NCBI GenBank assembly: GCA_030390025.1
Contig: JASTWF010000036.1
Location: 434,001 to 498,000 of the forward strand
Length of the DNA stretch: 64,000 nucleotides
From: Squalus acanthias
Lineage: Eukaryota
Direction of reading: 5' to 3'
Below are positions 38,738 through 50,000 of this stretch, one piece after another. The notes under the pieces were generated by a model. It did no database searches. It was not told where the DNA came from and saw only the letters and a program-made list of their open reading frames with translations. Position numbers and translations under genes: made by a program. Within the stretch, counting starts at the first letter, position 1, and the number at the start of each line of letters is the position of its first letter.

Positions 38738-39129
38738 TACCCCCTGGAGTATAAACACTGCTGAGCCGAACGGCCAGTTCCTGTGCCGTGGATTCTGTGT
38801 CATTCAAGCAGTTTTTAACATCTCATTTGAAGTAAGTATGACACCTCTCAACAATACAGCACTTCCTGAGTATTCAAGTGTCGGGATTATACACTCAGAT
38901 CCCGCCTCGAGCCCATAATTTACTGACTCAAAAAAAGAGGAGCGCGCCACCACCGAGTCGAGCGGATATGTCTGAAGTGCCTCTTCTCAGTTGGAGATCC
39001 TGCCCTTGGTTGCAGGTTGTGGTTGTGTCAAAGTAATTCATTAGGGTCACACGAGGCCTGAAATTAACAGCCCGCAGCACAGACAGCCACAGATGTAGAG
39101 CCAAGATGCACTAAGGGGGGAAGCTGGAT

Positions 39130-39395
39130 CACCACTGGCGGCCGTGCCTTTAGCTGCCGAGGTCCCATGCTCTGGAATTCCCTCCTTAAACCTCGCCGTC
39201 TCTGCCTCTCACCTCTCCTCCCCCTCCATACCCCTTTAAGACGCTCCTTAAAAACTACCTCTTTGGCCAAGCTTTTGGTCATCTCTCCTAACATCTCATG
39301 TGGCTCGATGTAATACCTTTTTATTCATGCTCCTGTGAAGCGCCTTGGGACGTTTTAAAGTAAGTTATTGGCGCTGTATAAATGGGAGTTGATGT
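39130..39395 (+). mobile_element. L2 3' fragment
   Basis: ggcggccgtgcctttagctgc...ctctggaattccctcc...ggcgctgtataaat, homologous to 24595-24817. Confidence 0.75.
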
Positions 39396-39424
39396 AGATA
39401 AGTAGGAGGGGGAGAGGGATAGAA

Positions 39425-41015
39425 GGTATGTTGGCCTTCATAGCGAAAGGGTTTGAGTACAGGAACAGGGATGTCTTGCTGCAGTTGTACAGGGCCTTGG
39501 TGAGACCACACCTTGAGTACTGTGTGCAGTTTTGGTCGCCTTATCTGAGGAAGGATGTTCTTGCCATGGAAGGAGTTCAGCGAAGATTCACCAGGCTGAT
39601 ACCTGGGATGGCAGGAATGACATATGAGGAGAGATTGGGTCGATTGGGCTTATACTCGCTGGAGTATAGAAGAATGAGAGGGGATCTCATCGAAACATAT
39701 AAAATTCTGACAGGTCTGGACAAACTAGATGCAGGAAGAATGTTCCCGATGGTCGGAGAGTCCAGAACCAGGGGTCATAATCTAAGGATAACGGGGTAAG
39801 CCATTTAGGACAGAAATGAGGAAGAATTTCTTCACCCAGAGAGTGGTGAACCTGTGGAATTCTCCACCACAGAAGGTAGTTGAGGCCAATTCATTAAATA
39901 TATTCAAGAATGAGTTAGATATATTTCTTAAAGCTAAAGGTATCAAGGGATATGGGGAGAAGGCAGGTACAGGGTACTGAGTTTGGATGATCAGCCATGA
40001 TCTCATCGAATGGCGGAGCAGGCTCGAGGGGCCGAATGGCCTACTCCTGCTCCTATCTTCTATGTTTCAATGATTTGGATGAGGGAACCAAATGTATTAT
40101 TTCCAAGTTTGCTGACGACACAAAACTACGTGGGGTTGTGAGGAGGATGCAAAGAGGCTTCAAGGCGATTTAGACAAGTTGAGTGAGTGGGCAAATACAT
40201 GGCAGTATAACACAGATAAATGCGAAGTTATCCACTTCGGTAGGAAAAACAGAAAGGCAGAGTATTATTTAAATGGTGATAGATTGGGAAATGTTGATAT
40301 ACAGGAGGGACCTGGATGTCCTTGTACACCAGTCACTGAAAGCAAACATGCAGGTGCAGCAAGCAGTTAGGAAGGCAAATGGTATGTTGGCCTTCATTGC
40401 AAGAGGATTTAAGTACAGGAGCAAGGATGTCTTACTGCAGTTATACAAGACCTTGGTGAGACCACACCTGGAGTACTGTGCGCAGTTTTGGTCTCCTTAC
40501 CCAAGAAAGGATATACTTTCCATCGAGGGAGTGCAGCGAAGGTTCACCAGACTGATTCCTGGGATGGCAGGACTGTCGTATGAGGAGAGATTGGGTCGAC
40601 TAGACCTGTATTCACTGGAGTTTAGATGAATGAGAGGGGATCTCATTGAAACATATAAAATTCTGACAGACTGGATGCAGGGAGGATGTTTCCCCTGGCT
40701 GGGGGGCCTAGAACGAGGGGTCACAGTCTCAGGATACGGGGCAGGACATTTAGGACTGCGATGAGGAGAAATTTCTTCACTCAGGGTGGTGAACCTGTGG
40801 AATTCTCTACCACAGAAGGCTGTGGAGGCCAAGTCACTGAATATATTTAAGAAGGAGATAGATAGATTTCTAGACACAAAAGGCATCAAGGGGTATGGGG
40901 AGAGAGCGGGAATATGGTATTGAGATAGAGGATCAGCCATAGTCATATTGAATGGCGGAGCAGGCTCGAAGGGCCGAATGGCCTACTCCTGCTCCTATTT
41001 TTCTATGTTGCTATG
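39425..41015 (+). mobile_element. Two tandem CR1 3' portions (39425-40068, 40068-41015)
   Basis: MLAFIAKGFEYRNRDVLLQ...; the second begins near SKFADDTK. Both end in CR1 3'UTRs. Confidence 0.88.
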
Positions 41016-41585
41016 TAAATTCTACATAACGATATTTTCACACTGTCGATCCTCAGAGCTTCCCCACCCCAACATCGAGGAGACTGTCACATCCTACCTT
41101 CTTACGGTCTCCATATCCATTCACTTAATTTTATAAATCGCTGGTTAGGCCTCACAGCTGGAGCATGGCAGACAATTCTGGGCACAGCACTTCAGGAGAG
41201 ATGTCCGGGCCTTAGAAAGGGTGCAGAGGAGGTTTACACCAGGATGTGACCAGGGAATGAGGGAGACTTCAGTTAGGAGAGGAGATTGGAAAAGTTGGGA
41301 CTGCTCTCAGTGGAACAGAGAAGGTGACCCAAGAGGTTTTCAAGATGATGAGAGGTCTTGATAAGAGATAATAGGGGGGAAAAACTATTCCCCTCTGGCC
41401 ACTGGGTCAATAACCTGAGGTCATAAGATTCAAAATCATTGGCAGAAGATCTAGAGGGGGAAGATGAGGAGAAATGTTTGCACTCGGAAAGTTGTGGGAA
41501 TTGGGAACACCCGACTTGAAAAGGTGGTCAATTGTGAGAAGTCGCACAACACCAGGTTATAGAATCCAACAGCTTTATTTGAAAT

Positions 41586-41620
41586 CACCAGCTTTCGGAG
41601 CGCTGCTCCTTCGTCAGGTG
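41586..41620 (-). ncRNA. Minimal hammerhead ribozyme motif (cleavage triplet altered)
   Basis: Reverse complement CAC-CUGACGA-AGGAG cagcg CUCC-GAAA-GC-UG-GUG. G at the H position would be expected to be inactive. Confidence 0.6.
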
Positions 41621-42181
41621 AAGTGAAGAGATGCATATAGGCACAGCATATATAGTCAGAGAACACTGCCAGGTGACTACAGTTAATCTTTCTAACTGCC
41701 CTTTATCACACCTCGGCAGAGAGATAATCACGGCAATCAAAGGTGTGGATGGTGTCCAAACAGGTCAGTCAGGAAAACATTACATCAAAGACAATGAGGT
41801 GGGGTCACAAGGGGTCAAATGTGGCAGATGCTGGGGTCTGTGTGGAAAACAAAAAACTTTTTTTGCTGGAAATCACAGCAGGTCCGGCCGCATCTGTGTA
41901 GAGAGAACAAGCCGATGACGACTCGAGTCTGGATGACTCTCGTCGGGTGGGGTTACATGTAGCGTGACATGAACCCAAGATCCCGGTTGAGGCCGTCCTC
42001 ATGGGTGCGGAACTTGGCTATCAGTTTCTGCTCGACGATTTTGCGTTGTCGTGTGTCTCGAAGGCCGCCTTGGAGAACGCTTACCCGAAGGTGTGATAAA
42101 GGGCAGTTAGAAAGATTAACTGTAATCATCTGGCAGTGTTCTCTGACTATATATGCCGTGCCTATATGCATCTCTTCACTT

Positions 42182-42217
42182 CACCTGACGAAGGAGCAGC
42201 ACTCCGAAAGCTTGGTG
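42182..42217 (+). ncRNA. Minimal hammerhead ribozyme motif
   Basis: CAC-CUGACGA-AGGAG cagca CUCC-GAAA-GC-UU-gGUG. Confidence 0.65.
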
Positions 42218-42475
42218 ATTTCAAATAAAGCGGTTGGACTATAACCTGGTGTTGTGCGACTTCTCACATTTATCCACCCCAGTCCAACACCGGCATCTCC
42301 ACATCATGAAAAGGTGGTGGAAGCTGATTCAATCATTAATTTTAAAAGGGAGTCGGATGGGTCCTGGAGTACGAGGAGCTTATGGGCAAAAAGCAGGGGA
42401 GATATGGGACGAATGGCCTCCTCCTGTGCTGCGAGTATCTCTGATGAAAAATTAAAACAGGGCGAATTCAGAATA

Positions 42476-42822
42476 CAGGAAACTCTTTATTAACCGGCAC
42501 CGACGGGACGCCGGTTAATCAAAAAGTCCGGATAACGGAGAGTTATATCTCCCAACGTACGAGAGCCCCGTACACATTGACATGCGCCTGCATTCGGAGC
42601 TCCGTCTCCCCGGGGACCGCCAGCTGACCATCTGTCGTGTCCGCTGCCTACCCGGGCTGCACATTCCCCTCCCAATCTACACGCTCTGATACAAGGCAAA
42701 CGCCTCGGGTTTAGTTAATTTTAAACGAGAGATGAAGGAAAACCCCGGTTACCTACTCAAGAATTTTGCCGGTTAAGAGAGATTCCCGGATATTTGGGTG
42801 CCGGTTAATAAAGAGTTTCCTG
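42476..42822 (-). mobile_element. Second copy of the TA-flanked MITE, inverted relative to 10951-11291
   Basis: TA-CAGGAAACTCTTTATTAACCGGCACC...GGTGCCGGTTAATAAAGAGTTTCCTG-TA. The interior is the reverse complement of the first copy. Confidence 0.9.
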
Positions 42823-43300
42823 TACAATGGGGGATCAGACCTCGGCTCTGAAATGGGCCTCCTTGTACCCAGGCAGGCTCCAGCATTCTCTCTTTCTGGG
42901 GGTAGAGTTGAAGGAGGTAACATGCAGGATCCATCTGGGCCACTCAACCAGCCCAGCCACAGGTTGACAGCGGTGCCTCCGCAGAGCAGGCTGTCTGAAC
43001 TCCCAAGTCGCCAGGAAAATAAACAGCAGGTTTTCTTCACCAGCCCCCCACCCACCCACCCCCGGCAGTCATTGAGTGCCGACAGCATTTTGGGAGATGG
43101 AGAACGGAGGCGACAAAAATAAAATAATAAAGACTCCCCAGGTCACACAGGTACAGCCGGATTGCAGAAGCCAGTCGCAAATTTCAGGCCATAACTCTGC
43201 TCGAAATTTCGTAGAACGATACAGCACAGGAGGCGGCCAGTCGGCCCATCGTGCCTGTGCCGGCTCTTTGAAAGAGCTCTCCGATTAGTCCCACTCGCCC

Positions 43301-43803
43301 GTCAGTGTTCTCGCTCAGGCCAACATCCCCAGCATCGAAGCTCTGATCACGCTCGATCAGCTCCGATGGACGGGTCACATCGTCCGCATGCCCGATACGA
43401 GACTCCCAAAACAAGCGCTCTACTCGGAGCTCCGACACGGCAAGAGAGCCCCAGGTGGGCAGAGGAAACGCTTCAAGGACACCCTCAAAGCCTCCTTGGA
43501 AAAAGTGCAACATCCCCACCGACACCTGGGAATCCCTGGCCCAAGACCGCACAAAGTGGAGGAGAAGCATCCGGGAAGGCTCCGAACACAGAGTCTCTTC
43601 GCCGGGAGCAAGCGGAAGCCAAGCGCAAACAGCGGAAGTAACGCACGTCAACCCAAGCACCCCACCCACCTGCCCCTTCAACCACCTGTCTGCCCCACCT
43701 GTGACAGAGACTGTAGGTCCCGCATTCGACTCATCAGTCACCTAAGAACTCATTCTTAGTGTGGAAGCAAGTCATCCTCGGTTCCGAGGGACTGCCTAAG
43801 AAG
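43301..43803 (+). mobile_element. RTE-clade LINE 3' fragment
   Basis: QLRWTGHIVRMPDTRLPKQALYSELRHGKRAPGGQRKRFKD, C-terminal CPTC...H...H, (AAG) tail. Direct repeat ACTCGCCC at 43293-43300 and 43804-43811 within a minus-strand CR1. Confidence 0.85.
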
Positions 43804-44254
43804 ACTCGCCCCTGCTCTTTCCCCCGTAGCCCTGTGAATTTTTCCCTTTCAGGTATTTATCCAATTCCCCTTTTGAAAGTTACTGCTGAATCTGCTTCCA
43901 CCGCCCTTTCAGGCAGCGCGTTCCAGATCACAACAACTCGCTGTGGAAAACAAATTCTCATCTCCCCCTCTGGTTCTTTTGCCGATTATCTTAAATCTGT
44001 CTCCTCTGGTTACCGACCCTCTTGCCACTGGAAACAGTTTCTCCTTATTTACTCTATTCAAAATCCTTCAAGATTTTGAACACCTCTTCAATTTAAAATG
44101 CAGGCGTCTATTTAAAAGTTGTTTTCGGTGGCAAGGAATGGACAGAATTATTCCACATTTTCAAACCCCACAACCCCCCTATTTACACACAACCACACCC
44201 CCTCCCCCACCTGGCAAGATTTATAGTCACTACAAGCTTTCTCCTGAATCAACT

Positions 44255-44754
44255 NNNNNNNNNNNNNNNNNNNNNNNNNNNNNNNNNNNNNNNNNNNNNN
44301 NNNNNNNNNNNNNNNNNNNNNNNNNNNNNNNNNNNNNNNNNNNNNNNNNNNNNNNNNNNNNNNNNNNNNNNNNNNNNNNNNNNNNNNNNNNNNNNNNNNN
44401 NNNNNNNNNNNNNNNNNNNNNNNNNNNNNNNNNNNNNNNNNNNNNNNNNNNNNNNNNNNNNNNNNNNNNNNNNNNNNNNNNNNNNNNNNNNNNNNNNNNN
44501 NNNNNNNNNNNNNNNNNNNNNNNNNNNNNNNNNNNNNNNNNNNNNNNNNNNNNNNNNNNNNNNNNNNNNNNNNNNNNNNNNNNNNNNNNNNNNNNNNNNN
44601 NNNNNNNNNNNNNNNNNNNNNNNNNNNNNNNNNNNNNNNNNNNNNNNNNNNNNNNNNNNNNNNNNNNNNNNNNNNNNNNNNNNNNNNNNNNNNNNNNNNN
44701 NNNNNNNNNNNNNNNNNNNNNNNNNNNNNNNNNNNNNNNNNNNNNNNNNNNNNN
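44255..44754. other. Assembly gap (500 N)
   Basis: Run of N. True distance and orientation across the gap are unknown. Confidence 0.99.
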
Positions 44755-46870
44755 AGCTTGATGGGGCAGTGTAGAGGGACCTTTACTCTGTATCTAACCC
44801 GTGCTGTACCTGCCCTGTGAGTGTTTGATGGGACAGTGTCGAGGGAGCTTTACTCTGTATTTAACCCGTGCTGTACCTGCCCTGTGAGTGTTTGATGGGA
44901 CAGTGTCGAGGGAGCTTTACTCTGTATCTAACCTGTGCTCGACCTGCCCTGGGAGTGTTTGATGGGACAGTGTAGAGGGAGCTTTACTCTGTATCTAACC
45001 CTGTGCTGTACCTGCCCTGGGAGTGTTTGATGGGACAGTGTAGAGGGAGCTTTACTCTGTATCTAACCCCGTGCTGTACTGCCCTGGGAGTGTTTGATGG
45101 GGACAGTGTAGAGGGAGCTTTACTCTGTATCTAACCCCGTGCTGTACCTGCCCTGGGAGTGTTTGATGGGGACAGTGTAGAGGGAGCTTTACTCTGTATC
45201 TAACCCGTGCTGTACCTGTCCTGGGAGTGTTTGATGGGGACAGTGTAGAGGGAGCTTTACTCTGTATCTAACCCCGTGCTGTACCTGCCCTGTGAGTGTT
45301 TGATGGGAAAGTGTAGAGGGAGCTTTACTCTGTATCTAACCCTGTGCTGTACCTGCCCTGGGAGTGTTTGATGGGACAGTGTAGAGGGAGCTTTACTCTG
45401 TATCTAACCCGTGCTGTACCTGCCCTGGGACTGTTTGATGGGGACAGTGTAGAGGGAGCTTTACTCTGTATCTAACCCTGTGCTGTAACTGTCCTGGGAG
45501 TGTTTGATGGGGCAGTGTAGAGGGAGCTTTACTCTGTATCTAACCCGTGCTGTACCTGCCCTGGGAGTGTTTGATGGGACAGTGTAGAGGGAGTTTTACT
45601 CTGTATCTACCCCCGTGCTGTACCTGCCCTGGGAGTGTTTGATGGGACAGTGTAGAGGGAGCTTTACTCTGTATCTAACCCCGTGCTGTACCTGCCCTGT
45701 GAGTGTTTGATGGGACAGTGTAGAGGGAGCTTTACTCTGTATCTAACCCCGTGCTGAACCTGCCCTGGGAGTGTTTGACGGGACAGTGTAGAGGGAGCTT
45801 TACTTTGTATCTAACCCGTGCTGTATCAGCCCTGGGAGTGTTTGATGGGACAGTGTAGAGGGACCTTTACTCTGTATCTAACCCGTGCTGTACCTGCTCT
45901 GGGAGTGTTTGATGGGGACAGTGTAGAGGGAGCTTTACTCTGTATCTAACCCGTGCTGTACCTGCCCTGGGAGTGTTTGATGGGACAGTGCAGAGGGATC
46001 TTTACTCTGTATCTAACCCGTGCTGTACCTGCCCTGGGAGTGTTTGATGGGACAGTGTAGAGGTAGCTTTACTCTGTATCTAACCCGTGCTGCACCTGCC
46101 CTGGGAGAGTTTGATGGAGACAGTGTAGAGGGAGCTTTACTCTGTATCTAACCCCGTGCTGTACCTGCCCTGGGAGAGTTTGATGGAGACAGTGTAGAGG
46201 GAGCTTTACTCTGTATCTAACCCCGTGCTGTACCTGCCCTGGGAGTGTTTGATGGGACAGTGTAGAGGGAGCTTTACTCTGTATCTAACCCGTGCTGTAC
46301 CTGCCCTGGGTGTGTTTGATGGGGACAGTGTAGAGGGAGCTTTACTCTGTATCTAACCCGTGCTGTACCAGCCCTGGGAGAGTTTGATGGAGACAGTGTA
46401 GAGGGAGCTTTACTCTGTATCTAACCCATGCTGTACCTGCCCTGGGAGAGTTTGATGGGACAGTGTAGAGGGAGCTTTACTCTGTATCTAACCCCGTGCT
46501 GTACCTGCCCTGGGAGTGTTTGATGAGACAGTGTAGAGAGAGCTTTACTCTGTATCTAACCCCGAGCTGTACCTGCCCTGGGAGTGTTTGTTGGGACAGT
46601 GTAGAGGGAGCTTTACTGTGTATCTAACCCGTGCTGTACCTGCCCTGGGAGTGTTTGACGGGACAGTGTAGAGGGAGCTTTACTTTGTATCTAACCCGTG
46701 CTGTACCTGCCCTGGGAGTGTTTGATGGGACAGTGTAGAGGGACCTTTACTCTGTATCTAACCCGTGCTGTACCTGCTCTGGGAGTATTTGATGGGACAG
46801 TCTAGAGGGAGCTTTACTCTGTATCTAACCCCGTGCTGTACCTGCCCCGGTGTTTGATGGGACAGTTTAG
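44755..46870. repeat. Satellite/minisatellite, 67-69-bp unit, ~31 copies
   Basis: gggagtgtttgatgggacagtgtagagggagctttactctgtatctaaccccgtgctgtacctgccct. Confidence 0.95.
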
Positions 46871-47094
46871 GGACTATTCATCTTACACCCGACCTTTGAG
46901 TGCCGGAGGTTGACACTGAGAGCCCTATGTGGAAATATGTTGTTCCAAAACTGATAGGAATCGAAAAGGCGAATGTGTAATTATGAACTGAGCCATTGAC
47001 AAATAGCGAAATACTGCCCTCTCCTGGTTGTGTCAACACACAGCACAAACCAAGCCAGTGCTCACACAACAACTGCCTCACATCCATTTATAAA

Positions 47095-50000
47095 ACCTCA
47101 ATGGATTAAATCCCTTCCCAGTCACTTCCATTGTATAGAATCCCAATGGGCCAAACCCCTTCCCATTCCCTCCCAGTGTACAGAATCCAAATGGACCCAA
47201 ACCCCTTCCCATTCATTCCCAGTGTCCAGAATCCAAATGGACCCAAACCCTCTGCCATTCATTCCCAGTGTACAGAATCCAAATGGACCCAAACCCCTTC
47301 CCATTCATTCCCAGTGTACAGAATCCAAATGGACCCAAACCCCTTCCCATTCATTCACATTGGACAGAACCCCAATGGACCCACGCCTTCCCATTCCCTC
47401 CCACTGTACAGAATCCCAATGGACTCAAACCCTCTCCCATTCACTCCCATTGTACAGAATCCCAATGGACCCAACCCCTTCCCATTCACCCCCATTGTAG
47501 AGAACCCCAATGGACCCAAACCCCCTTCCCATTCACTCCCATTGCAGAGAATCCCAATGGACCCAACCCCTTCCCATTCATTCCCAGTGTACAGAATCCC
47601 AATGGACTCAAACCCTCTCCCATTCACTCCCATTGTACACAATTCCAATGGAGCCAACCCCTTCCCATTCCCTCCCATTGTGTAGAATCCCGATGGACCC
47701 AACCCCTTCCCATTCACTCCCACTGTGCAGAATCCCAATGGACCAAACCCCTTCCCATTCATTCCCAGTGTACAGAATCCCAATGGACCCAACCCCTTCC
47801 CATTCAATCCAATTGAACAGAATCCCAATGGACCAAAACCTTCCCATTCACTCCCACTGTGCAGAATCCCAATGGGTCCAACCCCTTCCCATTAACTCCC
47901 ACTGTGCAGAATCCCAATCGACCAAACCCCTTCCCATTCACTCCCACTGTGCAGAATCCCAATCGACCAAACCCCTTCCCATTCACTCCCAGTGTACAGA
48001 ATCCCAATGGACCCAACCCTTTTCCATTCCCTCCCATTGAACACAATCCCAAAGGAACCAATCCCTTCCTATTCACTCCCATTGTTCAGAATCCCAATGG
48101 ACCCAACCCTTTCCCATTCACTCCCATTGTGCACAATCCCAATGGAACCAACCCCTTCCCATTCCCGCCCATTGTACACAATCCCAATGGACCCAACCAC
48201 TTTCCATTCATTCCCAGTGTACACAATCCCAATGGACCAACCCCTTCCCATTCACTCCCAGTGTACACAATCCCAATGGACACAAATCCTTCCCATTCAC
48301 TCCCATTGTACACAATCCCAATGGACCCAACCCCTTCCCATTCACTCCCAGTGTACAGAATCCCAGGGGAACCAATCCCTTCCCATTCACTCCCATTGTA
48401 CAGAATCCCAATGGACCCAACCCTTTCCCATTCCCTCCCATTGAACACAATCCCAATGGAACCAATCCCTTCCCATTCCCGCCCATTGTACACAATCCCA
48501 ATGGACCCAACCCCTTTCCATCCATTCCCAGTGTACACAATCCCAATGGACCAACCCCTTCCCATTCACTCCCATTGTAGAGAATCCCAATGGACGCAAA
48601 CCCCCTTCCCATTCACTCCCATTGTAGAGAATCCCAATGGACCCAACCCCTTCCCATTCATTCCCAGTGTACAGAATCCCAATGGACTCAAACCCTCTCC
48701 CATTCACTCTAATTGTACACAATTCCAATGGACCCAACCCCTTCCCATTCCCTCCCATTGTGAAGAATCCCGATGGACCCAACCCCTTCCCATTCACTCC
48801 CACTGTACAGAATCCCAATGGATCAAACCCCTTCCCATTCACTCCCACTGTACAGAATCCCAATGGACCCAACCCCTTCCCATTCAATCCAATTGAACAG
48901 AATCCCAATGGACCAAAATCTTCCCATTCACTCCCACTGTACACAATCCCAATGGGCCCAACCCCTTCCCATTAACTCCCACAGTGCAGAATCCCAATCG
49001 ACCAAACCCCTTCCCATTCACTCCCACTGTGCAGAATCCCAATTGACCAAACCCCTTCCCATTCACTCCCATTGTACACAATCCCAATGGACCCAACCCT
49101 TTCCCATTCACTCCCAGTGTACAGAATCCCAGGGGAACCAATCCCTTCCCATTCACTCCCATTGTACAGAATCCCAATGGACCCAACCCTTTCCCATTCC
49201 CTCCCATTGAACACAATCCCAATGGAACCAATCCCTTCCCATTCCCGCCCATTGTACACAATCCCAATGGACCCAACCCCTTTCCATCCATTCCCAGTGT
49301 ACACAATCCCAATGGACCAACCCCTTCCCATTCACTCCCAGTGTACAGAATCCCAGGGGAACCAATCCCTTCCCATTCACTCCCATTGTACAGAATCCCA
49401 ATGGACCCAACCACTTTCCATTCATTCCCAGTGTACACAATCCCAATGGACCAACCCCTTCCCATTCACTCCCAGTGTACACAATCCCAATGGACACAAA
49501 TCCTTCCCATTCACTCCCATTGTACACAATCCCAATGGACCCAACCCCTTCCCATTCACTCCCAGTGTACAGAATCCCAGGGGAACCAATCCCTTCCCAT
49601 TCACTCCCATTGTACAGAATCCCAATGGACCCAACCCTTTCCCATTCCCTCCCATTGAACACAATCCCAATGGAACCAATCCCTTCCCATTCCCGCCCAT
49701 TGTACACAATCCCAATGGACCCAACCCCTTTCCATCCATTCCCAGTGTACACAATCCCAATGGACCAACCCCTTCCCATTCACTCCCATTGTAGAGAATC
49801 CCAATGGACCCAAACCCCCTTCCCATTCACTCCCATTGTAGAGAATCCCAATGGACCCAACCCCTTCCCATTCATTCCCAGTGTACAGAATCCCAATGGA
49901 CTCAAACCCTCTCCCATTCACTCCCATTGTACACAATTCCAATGGACCCAACCCCTTCCCATTCCCTCCCATTGTGAAGAATCCCGATGGACCCAACCCC

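Larger units (their letters stand above)
41529..42306. mobile_element. Penelope-like insertion with inverted pseudo-LTR arms
   Basis: GIY-YIG C-terminus on (-) 41955-42088; inverted arms ~41533-41712 and ~42090-42268. 12-bp direct repeat TGAAAAGGTGGT at 41517-41528 and 42307-42318 in a CR1. Confidence 0.85.

Noticed and set aside
6170..44254. Host-gene exons in unique patches left of the gap
   Set aside because: No patch gave a convincing acceptor-ORF-donor set. The A-rich plus strand hints at a minus-strand intron but is insufficient evidence.
43943..44761. 272-aa ORF
   Set aside because: Artefact of reading through the N gap.
44755..46870. CRISPR-like regular array
   Set aside because: Head-to-tail repeats without unique spacers, no cas genes, vertebrate context.
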